Shown here: in pieces, positions 9,699 through 18,774 of the stretch | How positions within the stretch are numbered: position 1 is the stretch's first letter | Layout: the number at the start of each line of letters is the position of its first letter | NCBI GenBank assembly: GCA_964562045.1 | Contig: CAZLRR010000002.1 | Coordinates: forward strand, 1-58,414 | Length of the DNA stretch: 58,414 nt | Reading direction: 5' to 3' | Origin: an uncultured Methanosarcinales archaeon | Lineage (GTDB): Archaea > Nanobdellota > Nanobdellia > Woesearchaeales > UBA583 | Program-made: the position numbers and the translations under genes | Notes under the pieces: generated by a model | What the model was told of the DNA's origin: nothing | Seen by the model: the letters and a program-made list of their open reading frames with translations, nothing else | The model's database searches: none

Positions 9699-11147
9699 AT
9701 GGCAAAACAGCAACTTTTAGCAATTACAGCAAAAAAAGAAGAGAATATGAGTGAGTGGTACACGCAAGTTATTCAAAAAGCAGATTTAATAGAATATACA
9801 GATGTTTCTGGTTGTATGATTTTTAAACCAAATTCTTTTCAAATCTGGGAAAAAATTCAAGAAGAGTTAGATAAAAAAATCAAATCATTAGGCGTTAAAA
9901 ATGCCTACTTTCCACTTTTTATTCCAGAAAAACTACTTTTAAGAGAAGCAGATCATGTTGAAGGATTCGCTCCAGAAGTTGCATGGGTAACACACTCTGG
10001 AGAAACACAACTAAAAGAAAAATTAGCAGTCCGACCAACAAGTGAGACAATTATGTATGATGCATATAAAAAGTGGATTCAGAGTTACAGAGATTTACCT
10101 CTAAAACTAAATCAATGGTGTAACGTTGTACGTTGGGAATTTAAACACTCAACACCATTTATCAGAAATAGAGAGTTTCTATGGCAAGAAGGTCACACAG
10201 TGCATGAAACAAAACAAGAAGCAGACAAAGAAGTATTACAAGTATTAGATTTTTATGCTCAAATTTATGAAGATTTGCTCGCAATTCCAGTAAATAAGGG
10301 AAGAAAATCAGTTGGGGAAAAGTTTGCAGGAGCAGATTACACAACAACAATTGAAACCTTCTTAGTAGATGGAAAAGCAATTCAGGGAGCAACATCTCAC
10401 CATCTAGGACAAAACTTTGCCAAAGCATTTGATATTACATACCTAGACAAAAATCAGAAGAAACAATTCCCTTTTCAAAATTCGTGGGGACTTACTACAA
10501 GAACAATCGGTGCAATGATTATGATACATTCAGACAATAAGGGATTAATCTTGCCTCCAAAAGTTGCAACTAATAAAGTAGTTTTGATTCCTTTATTATT
10601 CAAAGGAAAAGAAGAGATTGTACTAAAAAAGTCGCAAGAAATTGCGAAAAAACTAGAAAGTTTTAATCCAATATTAGATGACGATACAAAAGACAGTCCA
10701 GGATTTAAATTTAATAAATGGGAAATGCAGGGAATTCCTGTAAGAATTGAATTAGGACCAAGAGATTTAGAAGCAGGAGTTGCAACGATTTCAATTAGAG
10801 ATCATGATGAAAAGAAACAAGTTAAAATTGAGAAATTAAAGGAAACTATTGACAAAGAATTAATTGCAATGCACAAGAGATTATATGAAAAAGCAGAAAA
10901 ACAAATGCAATATCAAACAATAGAAGTAGACAATTTCAAAGACTTTGAAAAAGCAATCAAAGCAAAAAAAAGATGTTTAGTTCCATGGCACGAAGATATA
11001 GCAATAGAAGATGAAATTAAAGAAAAAACAGGCGCTAAAAGTAGTTGTTTACCCTTTAAATTCGAAAAAAAATCCCTAAAAGGAAAGAAATGTTTTTATT
11101 CTGGAAAACCTGCAACTTGTTGGGCTTATTTTTGTAAAAGTTATTAA
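9699..11147 (+). CDS. proS: Prolyl-tRNA synthetase, archaeal/eukaryal type
   Basis: It has the class II core, runs 482 aa, and has a C-terminal Cys-containing domain ending in a terminal Tyr (CWAYFCKSY). Confidence 0.95.
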   Translation: MAKQQLLAITAKKEENMSEWYTQVIQKADLIEYTDVSGCMIFKPNSFQIWEKIQEELDKKIKSLGVKNAYFPLFIPEKLLLREADHVEGFAPEVAWVTHSGETQLKEKLAVRPTSETIMYDAYKKWIQSYRDLPLKLNQWCNVVRWEFKHSTPFIRNREFLWQEGHTVHETKQEADKEVLQVLDFYAQIYEDLLAIPVNKGRKSVGEKFAGADYTTTIETFLVDGKAIQGATSHHLGQNFAKAFDITYLDKNQKKQFPFQNSWGLTTRTIGAMIMIHSDNKGLILPPKVATNKVVLIPLLFKGKEEIVLKKSQEIAKKLESFNPILDDDTKDSPGFKFNKWEMQGIPVRIELGPRDLEAGVATISIRDHDEKKQVKIEKLKETIDKELIAMHKRLYEKAEKQMQYQTIEVDNFKDFEKAIKAKKRCLVPWHEDIAIEDEIKEKTGAKSSCLPFKFEKKSLKGKKCFYSGKPATCWAYFCKSY

Positions 11148-11158
11148 TTTCATTTTGT

Positions 11159-11264
11159 TCCTTTGAATACCCCAACTTTTAAGTTGGGGATGAAACGTAT
11201 ATTTTAAGGGAGTGGTTAATACTCTATCATTTAGGCGCCAATAACTCAAATTTGTCGATTTTTG
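11159..11264 (-). mobile_element. R3 small insertion element, 106-bp copy, in inverted orientation relative to the copy at 47974-48104
   Basis: It aligns with the reverse complement of 47974-48104, including the hairpin ccccaacttttaagttgggg and the end motifs. Flanks are tttgt / tttat. Confidence 0.7.
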
Positions 11265-11340
11265 TTTTATTTGAATTTAGTTTTATAACTACTTTTCACA
11301 GATAATGCTTTCTTTTCAAACAAGATATTTTTAATTTTTT

Positions 11341-11523
11341 ATGGCTCACAAACCATTATTAGGTCATAGGCATTTAGAACAAAGATTAAATACTGCATGT
11401 GAAACAGAAACACCAGTTCAAGCAGTTTTGTTTCCGGAATTTGTACGTAGAGAAAACCCATCCGAGTATATTATTACTTCTAATAGTAGATATAAGCAAT
11501 TAGAAAGAAAATATAAAACATAA
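11341..11523 (+). CDS. Questionable 60-aa ORF
   Basis: It has an ATG start and a TATA-like agttttataac about 45 nt upstream. Its His/Arg-rich composition is atypical for this genome, and I recognised no motif. Confidence 0.25.
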   Translation: MAHKPLLGHRHLEQRLNTACETETPVQAVLFPEFVRRENPSEYIITSNSRYKQLERKYKT

Positions 11524-11531
11524 AGTAAATT

Positions 11532-11843
11532 TTATAATTTTTTTAATTTTTCTTCAGTTTCACGAAGAATAGACATAGCATCATTTCCTTTATCTGTTAG
11601 AATATATCCTACTGCTTTACGTGCTCTGCCAGTAATTACCTCATTTCTAATCATTTTTTTATCTTCAAGCATTTTTAAACTCTCAGCAATTGTTCTTGTA
11701 GAGTATTTTCTTGAAGTTTTCGGGTTTGTAATTAATTTTAAATCTTTAAATTGTAATGGCTTTCCTGCTTTTGCAAGAGATTTCAGGACTTCTAGATTTC
11801 CTTGATACACAAAAAACGAAATTGGTTCTCTTTTTTCTATCAT
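11532..11843 (-). CDS. Winged-helix DNA-binding protein (putative transcriptional regulator)
   Basis: It is 103 aa. The pattern LEVLKSLAKAGKPLQFKDL...TRTIAESLKMLEDKKMI...GRARKAVGYILTDKG is typical of a wHTH recognition helix plus wing. Confidence 0.45.
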   Translation of the reverse strand: MIEKREPISFFVYQGNLEVLKSLAKAGKPLQFKDLKLITNPKTSRKYSTRTIAESLKMLEDKKMIRNEVITGRARKAVGYILTDKGNDAMSILRETEEKLKKL

Positions 11844-11943
11844 AAATACTATTGCTATTTATAAGGTTATAAATGTTAATCTTGATAACTAAACTATTGT
11901 TTATTTCAGTAAAATTTATAAAGTTTGAAATTTTAATTGGTTT

Positions 11944-12072
11944 ATGGAATACAAAGAAGTAAAAGAGAAGCTATTGGCCGACAGGGATTTTATCTATAAA
12001 CTATCAAGAGAACTCAATTTAGATGATTTGGAATTTCAAATTGATTTGCTTAAAGAAAATACGGGAATTTAA
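11944..12072 (+). CDS. Possible 42-aa small protein (MEYKEVKEKLLADRDFIYKLSRELNLDDLEFQIDLLKENTGI)
   Basis: The ATG lies about 25 nt downstream of the TATA-like aaaatttataaag. It is below the ORF-track size cut-off. Confidence 0.25.
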   Translation: MEYKEVKEKLLADRDFIYKLSRELNLDDLEFQIDLLKENTGI

Positions 12073-13361
12073 AATTCATATTCCGTTCCAGTTGTAGGGA
12101 CATAGACTTTAGTATCTTCTAAATTGCTTTCTGCGTAACGCCTAGATTCTTCAAGTGCGTCAACATCTCCGTGTTGTAAAATTAGGTGTTTGGGCTTTAA
12201 TTTTGTCATAAGTCTTCTAATTTCATCTTGTCCATAATGTGCTGAGAAATCAAATTTACGTACATGTGCTTTCACAGGAAATCTTTGATGATGAGAATAG
12301 AACAAATGATCTTCAAACATAAATCTACCATTTGTTCCTTTTGCCTGGTATCCTGTAAGAATTACAAAGTTATCTTTGTCGTGAATCATTTTTTCTGCAT
12401 AAGAAATAACTGGCCCTCCTTGAACCATTCCAGAAGTAGTTAAAATAACTATACCTTTCTTTTTTGCAAGTTCTCCTCTCTCTTTTGGATGTTTAATAAA
12501 CATAACTCTTCGGCTCATTTCTTCAAGCAAATCTCGATTATCAACATAAGGGTCTCCACTATTTAAAACCAGTTCTGTTATTTTTCTTGCCATCCCATCA
12601 AGATAGATTGGAATATTTGGATATAAATCTTTTAGAAGCATCATTATTTCTTGACTCCTTCCTACGCTAAATACTGGGACAAGAGCGCTACCGCCCACTT
12701 CTATTGCTTTTCCAACTGATTTAATAAGTCCTTGTTTACTCTCACCTTTTTCTGGGTGTGGTCTGTCACCATAAGTATTCTCAGTGATTAAAATATCAAC
12801 TTCTTCCATTAAATTATGAAGTTCTGAAGGCACCATCAAGGCAGTATCTTCCGTATTAATATCACCAGTATAAAGTACTTTTTTTCCTTCAACTTCTAAA
12901 AGAATACTGGCACTTCCTGGAATGTGGCCTGCATTTAAGAATCTGAATTTCACTTTCCCGTCGGGAGTTATGTATTCTTGGTCATATTTTACAAATCTGA
13001 GATCGTGTTCAACTTTTCTAATGTCTCTTTCAACATAAGCGGGATGCAAATGCTTTAATTTTTCAAGATGGTATGAATCTTTTAATAATAAATTTGTGAT
13101 TTTCCAAGTTAATTTTGTCATATAGATTGGACAATTTAATTTTTTATGCTCGAGCATAGGCAATGCTCCACTATGATCTAAATGCGCATGCGAAATAAAA
13201 ACACCATCAAGATCATGTATTTTATCTAAAAATTTGGGATACTCTATACCCCCCTGAACGAACTTAACTCCTGCATCAAGAAGATATCTTTTTCCGCCAG
13301 TTTGTAGTTCAATACAACTTTTTCCTACTTCTCCAGCTCCTCCGTGAAATACAATTTTCAT
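12069..13361 (-). CDS. Beta-CASP ribonuclease of the metallo-beta-lactamase superfamily (aCPSF2-like size class)
   Basis: It has the HxHxDH motif (SHAHLDHSGALP) and is 430 aa with the MBL plus beta-CASP layout. Confidence 0.8.
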   Translation of the reverse strand: MKIVFHGGAGEVGKSCIELQTGGKRYLLDAGVKFVQGGIEYPKFLDKIHDLDGVFISHAHLDHSGALPMLEHKKLNCPIYMTKLTWKITNLLLKDSYHLEKLKHLHPAYVERDIRKVEHDLRFVKYDQEYITPDGKVKFRFLNAGHIPGSASILLEVEGKKVLYTGDINTEDTALMVPSELHNLMEEVDILITENTYGDRPHPEKGESKQGLIKSVGKAIEVGGSALVPVFSVGRSQEIMMLLKDLYPNIPIYLDGMARKITELVLNSGDPYVDNRDLLEEMSRRVMFIKHPKERGELAKKKGIVILTTSGMVQGGPVISYAEKMIHDKDNFVILTGYQAKGTNGRFMFEDHLFYSHHQRFPVKAHVRKFDFSAHYGQDEIRRLMTKLKPKHLILQHGDVDALEESRRYAESNLEDTKVYVPTTGTEYEF

Positions 13362-13451
13362 AATAATTATGATTTAGGAATTTTATTTATATTAATTTGT
13401 AACTTTAATATAAGTACTAAACATTAAAAAGTGTGATTTTGCAAAAAATAT

Positions 13452-14780
13452 ATGGATAATTTTATTGTAGGATTTTTTTTATCTTTGCTTCTTGGAGCAC
13501 TTCTTGGCGTTCAAAGAGAAGTTAAATTACAAAGAGAAAATAGAAAAGATTTTGCAGGATTTAGAACATTTTCTCTAATTTCATTGCTCGGTTTTGTGAC
13601 AAGTTATATTTCATTAAATTATTTCCAGAATCAGTGGTTTTTTATTGTATTTTTTATTTGTTTTTTTATTTTAATTATTGTTTCTTATGTAATTATTTCT
13701 TTTGTACATAAAAATCTTAAACCACAAATCTCGGGACAAATTAATGCAGTATTTGCACTTTTAATTGGTTTTCTTGTAAGTTTTCATGAATATTATTTTG
13801 CAATTTTTATTGCAATAACAATAGTTACTTTAATGGCTTTAGGAAGAAGGCTGCATTATTTTGCAAGAAAATTAAAAAATGAAGAAATATTTGCAACAAT
13901 AAAATTTGCAATTATATCTTTGATTATACTGCCTCTTTTGCCCAATAAAAACTATTCTCTGTTAGATATTCCCATTATCTCTGAATTTTTTCTAAGACAA
14001 TCATTAATCTCTCAAGAAGTTTTAAGTCAAATCGATGTATTTAATTTTTATAAAATTTGGCTAGTTATTGTTTTAGTTTCAGCAATTAGTTATGTGGGAT
14101 ATATTTTGATTAAATTTTTTGGGAGCGAGAAAGGAACGATTTTAACTGGATTTTTGGGCGGACTTATGAGTTCGACGATTTTAACTATTTCTTTTTCAAG
14201 TGAGAGTAAGAAAAATTATCGTCTTGCAAAAACTTTGGCTTTGGGAGTAATTATTGCATGTTCAACAATGTTTTTTAGAATTATTTTGGAACTGGTAATT
14301 TTAAATGCAATAGTTTATGGGGCAATTTTTGCACTTTTTGTGATGGGAGTTACGGGACTGATTTTTTCTTACTTTTTTCATAAAAAGATTTCAATTCATA
14401 AAATAAAACACGAAAAAGAAGAAGAAATTAGGTCTCCTTTCAACTTTCTTCCAGCATTAAAATTTGCAATTTTTTTTCTTTTTATTCTTTTCATTTCAAA
14501 GCTTCTTCTTATACTGGTTGGAGTTAAAGGATTATTTATTATTGCATTTTTATCAGGAATTACAGATGTTGACGCAATAACTATTTCTCTTGCTCAAATG
14601 GCTGCAACGGGAACAATTTCTTTTGAAGCCGCAGGAATTGGGATTTTTATTGCCGCAGTAGCTAACACACTATTTAAATCGGGGATTGCATTTTATTTTG
14701 GGGGAAAGAGTTTTTTCAAATATATATTTATTAGTTTTTTAATTATTCTTGCAACAGGATTTATAGCTATGTTTATTTAG
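13452..14780 (+). CDS. MgtC/SapB-like N-terminal domain plus DUF4010-type polytopic membrane protein
   Basis: GALLGVQRE near the N-terminus resembles the MgtC signature. There are more than 10 predicted TM helices. Confidence 0.55.
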   Translation: MDNFIVGFFLSLLLGALLGVQREVKLQRENRKDFAGFRTFSLISLLGFVTSYISLNYFQNQWFFIVFFICFFILIIVSYVIISFVHKNLKPQISGQINAVFALLIGFLVSFHEYYFAIFIAITIVTLMALGRRLHYFARKLKNEEIFATIKFAIISLIILPLLPNKNYSLLDIPIISEFFLRQSLISQEVLSQIDVFNFYKIWLVIVLVSAISYVGYILIKFFGSEKGTILTGFLGGLMSSTILTISFSSESKKNYRLAKTLALGVIIACSTMFFRIILELVILNAIVYGAIFALFVMGVTGLIFSYFFHKKISIHKIKHEKEEEIRSPFNFLPALKFAIFFLFILFISKLLLILVGVKGLFIIAFLSGITDVDAITISLAQMAATGTISFEAAGIGIFIAAVANTLFKSGIAFYFGGKSFFKYIFISFLIILATGFIAMFI

Positions 14781-15430
14781 GACAAATATTTATTAAAATG
14801 TTTTATGATGGTCTCCCCCATAAGTTTTTCTTTACATACATCTATGTCCGTTGTAATTTGTTTTTTGTAAATGTGATTTATGTACATTCTTTTTAGAAAC
14901 TCGGAATTTTTAACAATAGGAATTTTATTTAAATAATCTCTAAATATTGAATTTTTATAAGTGAAAGTACATCTTAATTCCCACTTTCCGGACTGAAGAA
15001 CTTTTTTTGAGTTTCCTTCTAAAATTTCAATATCTTTTCCCCCTCTGATACTGAAATCCATTTTAAATTCAAACCACCCATAATCTGAGACCTTTTTTCT
15101 TGCAAACCATAAAATTTCATATTCGAAGGCTTTGCCTCCGGGTTGATTAATTTTTACGAATTTTTGTTCGTACATATTTGGAGTTCTATTATTTTTGCCA
15201 TCAATAAATTCCATGCTTTTTGCTCCCTTGCCGAAATATTTTCCATCTTTTTTATGGGGTCCTATCATATCTTCAAAATTTTTTTCTAAAAGAAGGTTTG
15301 CAAATTCTTTAATAAAGCTCCTTAAATCTATCGCTTTAGTGTATTGGGCAGTTACAGGATAAACATCTTCAATTTTGTGCTCAATGATTTGTGTTTTTTC
15401 TTCTGGTTTAAATAAAAGTTCATCTGCCAT
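14777..15430 (-). CDS. Hypothetical protein
   Basis: A 217-aa ORF with an ATG start. I recognised no motif. Confidence 0.55.
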   Translation of the reverse strand: MADELLFKPEEKTQIIEHKIEDVYPVTAQYTKAIDLRSFIKEFANLLLEKNFEDMIGPHKKDGKYFGKGAKSMEFIDGKNNRTPNMYEQKFVKINQPGGKAFEYEILWFARKKVSDYGWFEFKMDFSIRGGKDIEILEGNSKKVLQSGKWELRCTFTYKNSIFRDYLNKIPIVKNSEFLKRMYINHIYKKQITTDIDVCKEKLMGETIIKHFNKYLS

Positions 15431-15501
15431 ATCTGATAATTTTTATTTTTAAATGTTTTTAAATCTTTTTAATCATTTTTGATGAGTTTTCTCTGCCAAG
15501 A

Positions 15502-15509
15502 TTTATATA
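15502..15509 (+). promoter_or_regulatory. TATA box (tttatata) for the helicase C-terminal fragment gene
   Basis: It lies 21 nt upstream of the ATG at 15531, which is the spacing seen for most genes in this window. Confidence 0.5.
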
Positions 15510-15530
15510 AAACTATTTATTATTATATTT

Positions 15531-18500
15531 ATGGAGAGTTTTCCAATCATTGAGACCAGAAAAATTGAGGATTATGGTGATGATTCCAGTGTAGATTTGG
15601 CAGTGGAGACTATGAAGCAAGGAAAACAAGTTTTGATTTTTAATAATTCTAAGAGAAGTAGCGAGGCAACAGCAGATAAAGTTGCAAAGAAATATGTTGA
15701 AAGAGCAAATAATGAAGAACTTGAGAAGCTTTCTGAACAGATTTTGAAAGTATTACCAACTCCAACAACCCAGTGTAAAAGGTTAGCAAATGCGGTAAAA
15801 AAAGGTGTAGCATTTCATCATAGCGGTTTAGTAGGAAAACAAAGATCTTTAATCGAAAATGCATTCAAGCAAGGAATTTTGAAGGCGATTTCGAGCACCC
15901 CAACACTATGTTTGGCAAAAGGAACTAAGGTTTGGTCAAATAATAAAAAAATTTCTATAGAAAAATTAAAAACAAATCAGGTTTTCGCATTAAAAGATTC
16001 AAGTTTGAATTTAATCAAACCAGAAAAAGTTGAAAATAATGGGTATAGTGATGAATTAATTGAGATTGAAAGTGTTTCGAGTCATAAAATTAAAGCAACA
16101 AAGAACCACAAATTTCTGATTAGAAGGAAAGGGAAGAAATTAATTTTGCAAGCAAACGAAATTAAGAAAACTGATTTGATTGCAACAGTAGGAAAAATTG
16201 AGATTAAAGAAAAAAATTTGATGTTTTCACAGTTTATTTTGGACAATTCTTTTCCTCTTGAAGATAAAGAAATTCCTGCAGAAATATTTTATTTAATTGG
16301 TGCAATGTTGGGTGATGGTTATTCTGGGGCTGAGAAGAAAGGCAACAAAATAAAATATAAGGGAAGTCCTTCGATTGTTGGAGTTGATAATGAAACTTTT
16401 GACAGGGTTCGGTTTTCGTGCAAACTTTTAAGAATTTCTTATAGGAAAACAAAAAATATCTATGGGACTCCCCAGCTAGTATTGGGAAAAAATAATTGGT
16501 TTAGGGAATTTTTAGTTAGGTGTGGTGTTGATGTTAGTGTTAATAAAAACATTTCAGAAGAGTTGAAGTTGGCAAGTAAAGAGAAAATTTCTAACTTATT
16601 AAAAGGGCTTTTTGACACGGATGGTTATGCAGAAAAAAGAGGACAACTCGGATATTCTAGCATTTCTTTAGATTTAATTAAAGATGTTCAAGAACTGTTA
16701 TACAGGTTTGGTATTACATCTAGAATTAGAAAAAGAAAGAAGAAATCAATTAGAATTTCAAATAAAGAATATGATTGTAAAGATTCTTATGAATTAATAA
16801 TTGCTGAAAACAATTCTATGTTAAGCTTTTTTAATAATGTTGGTTTTAATATCAATAGGAAAAAAGAAGTTTTAGATGAAATAATTCATAAAATTCAACA
16901 AAATATTTTGTATAAAGAATGTAATTTTTGTAATTATAAGTTATATTCTGATTTGTTTGGGGGAAGAACAAAAAGTCAAAAAGATTGGGGAAATGCAAAA
17001 CTCTTAATAATAAAAAATTTAGAAAAGTTTGGTCCTTTAACTTCAAAAGATTTAACTAATAAAGTTGGGTTTGAAATTAGAAAGAATAGTTCTAGATTAA
17101 ATCATCACTACGAATTAATTGGAAAAACAAAATTTAGCAAATATGATTGGACTTGGAATTTAAATTCTATTGGGAAAACAATTTCTAAGGAATTAAAAAA
17201 TTCGTCTTATGAAGAAATTTTTGAGAGAACAAATTGTTTAGTTTGTGGAAACAAATTAAACGAAAACATAAGGAATAATTGGAAAAATTCAAATAAGGAT
17301 GGAGATATTTTTTGGGATCAAATTAAATCAATTAAGAAAATTAAAGAAGAAGTTGAAGTTTTTGATGTTGTTTTACCCTCAGATGATTCAAATGATCATT
17401 TGTTTGTTGCAGAAGGATTTATAACGCATAATTCTGCGGGGCTCAACCTTCCAGCATATAAAGTTATTATTCGAGATTATAAAAGGTATTCAAGATTTGG
17501 TTTTGCAGATATTCCCGTCTTGGAGTTTCATCAGATGGCTGGGCGTGCAGGAAGGCCAGGTTTAGAATTTGTTGGGAAAGCTGTTGTTTGCGTAAAAACT
17601 GAAGATGAACTTGCAAGAGTTACGAAAAAATATGTTTTCGGACAGGCCGAAGAAGTTATTTCAAAACTTGCTGTTGAGCCAACTTTGAAAATGTACATGC
17701 TCTCTCTTATTGCAATGGACATAATCAATACAAAACAGGAAATTAAAGACTTTTTCAAAAATACTTTATATGCTCATCAGTACCAAGATCATGAAGCTTT
17801 TAATTTTAATTTATTTAGGATTTTGAACATTTTAAAAGATTATAGATTTATTTCTCAAGAAGACGATTATTTTATGGCAACACCAATTGGAAAGAAAGTC
17901 TCAGAGCTTTATTTAAATCCAGATACGGCAAATTATTTTTATTCTAATCTTGACAAATTTATTAAAAAATTTTCAAATAGTAAAATTGGTAAAAATGACA
18001 TATATTCACTTCTTTATTTTGTTTCAGACACTTTGGAAATGAAACCTTTATTTAGCATTAGGAAAAATGATGAAGAAAGGTTACAGCTAAGGGCAGAAGA
18101 AGTGGCAGATGGTTTGATAGTTGGATTTGATCCTTATGAGATGGATTATAAGCAGTTTTTATCTCTTTTAAAGGTGAGTGATTTGTTTTTGGATTGGATT
18201 AGTGAAAAAAGTGAGGATTATTTGTGTGATTTATATGGCGTAACTCCAGGAGAAATGCAGTTTAAATTTGAAATTGTTGATTGGCTACTTTATGCTCTGG
18301 AGGAAATGGCTTTGATGAAAAAGAGTATTTTTGTTAAGAATTATTTGACGAAATTACGTCAGAGATTCAAATTTGGAGTAAAGGAAGAACTTTTGATGCT
18401 AATTAAATTAAAGGGGGTTGGAAGAGTTAGGGCTAGAAAGCTATATAACGCAGGATTTAAGACTTTAAATGATATCAGGAAGGCAAGTTCAGATGATTTA

Positions 18501-18698
18501 GTTAAAGTTATTTCGTCTGGTCTTGCTTTAAGTTTGAAAAAACAAATTGAAGGGAGTGAGATTGGAGAAAACAAACTTGCTTTGCCAAGAGAACTTCGTG
18601 CAAAAGAAGTAAGCGATGAGGAGATTGAAGTTTTGCTAAATAACGAGAAAGAATTCGAGAAACAAAAGAAAGGTGGAGGATTATTAGATTATTTCTAG
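15531..18698 (+). CDS. Hel308/Ski2-type DNA helicase, C-terminal part only (RecA2, WH, ratchet and HhH domains), interrupted by an intein
   Basis: Motif IV region QVLIFNNSKRS is present. GVAFHHSGL and STPTL|intein|SAGLNLPA represent motif V. Motif VI is QMAGRAGRPG. The C-terminal HhH is LIKLKGVGRVRARKLYNAGF. There is no Walker A or DExH domain. Confidence 0.85.
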   Translation: MESFPIIETRKIEDYGDDSSVDLAVETMKQGKQVLIFNNSKRSSEATADKVAKKYVERANNEELEKLSEQILKVLPTPTTQCKRLANAVKKGVAFHHSGLVGKQRSLIENAFKQGILKAISSTPTLCLAKGTKVWSNNKKISIEKLKTNQVFALKDSSLNLIKPEKVENNGYSDELIEIESVSSHKIKATKNHKFLIRRKGKKLILQANEIKKTDLIATVGKIEIKEKNLMFSQFILDNSFPLEDKEIPAEIFYLIGAMLGDGYSGAEKKGNKIKYKGSPSIVGVDNETFDRVRFSCKLLRISYRKTKNIYGTPQLVLGKNNWFREFLVRCGVDVSVNKNISEELKLASKEKISNLLKGLFDTDGYAEKRGQLGYSSISLDLIKDVQELLYRFGITSRIRKRKKKSIRISNKEYDCKDSYELIIAENNSMLSFFNNVGFNINRKKEVLDEIIHKIQQNILYKECNFCNYKLYSDLFGGRTKSQKDWGNAKLLIIKNLEKFGPLTSKDLTNKVGFEIRKNSSRLNHHYELIGKTKFSKYDWTWNLNSIGKTISKELKNSSYEEIFERTNCLVCGNKLNENIRNNWKNSNKDGDIFWDQIKSIKKIKEEVEVFDVVLPSDDSNDHLFVAEGFITHNSAGLNLPAYKVIIRDYKRYSRFGFADIPVLEFHQMAGRAGRPGLEFVGKAVVCVKTEDELARVTKKYVFGQAEEVISKLAVEPTLKMYMLSLIAMDIINTKQEIKDFFKNTLYAHQYQDHEAFNFNLFRILNILKDYRFISQEDDYFMATPIGKKVSELYLNPDTANYFYSNLDKFIKKFSNSKIGKNDIYSLLYFVSDTLEMKPLFSIRKNDEERLQLRAEEVADGLIVGFDPYEMDYKQFLSLLKVSDLFLDWISEKSEDYLCDLYGVTPGEMQFKFEIVDWLLYALEEMALMKKSIFVKNYLTKLRQRFKFGVKEELLMLIKLKGVGRVRARKLYNAGFKTLNDIRKASSDDLVKVISSGLALSLKKQIEGSEIGENKLALPRELRAKEVSDEEIEVLLNNEKEFEKQKKGGGLLDYF
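15909..17432 (+). mobile_element. Intein (508 aa) with a LAGLIDADG homing-endonuclease domain, inserted in helicase motif V
   Basis: The N-terminus is Cys (CLAKGTKV) and block B is TKNH. The two dodecapeptide motifs are LIGAMLGDGY and LLKGLFDTDGYA. It ends in the C-terminal HN followed by Ser+1. Confidence 0.9.
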
Positions 18699-18774
18699 TG
18701 AATTTTTTTTATCGCTATTCCACATGAAACCATTACATTTATATACTAAGATGTCTTCATAATGTTATAGAAAA

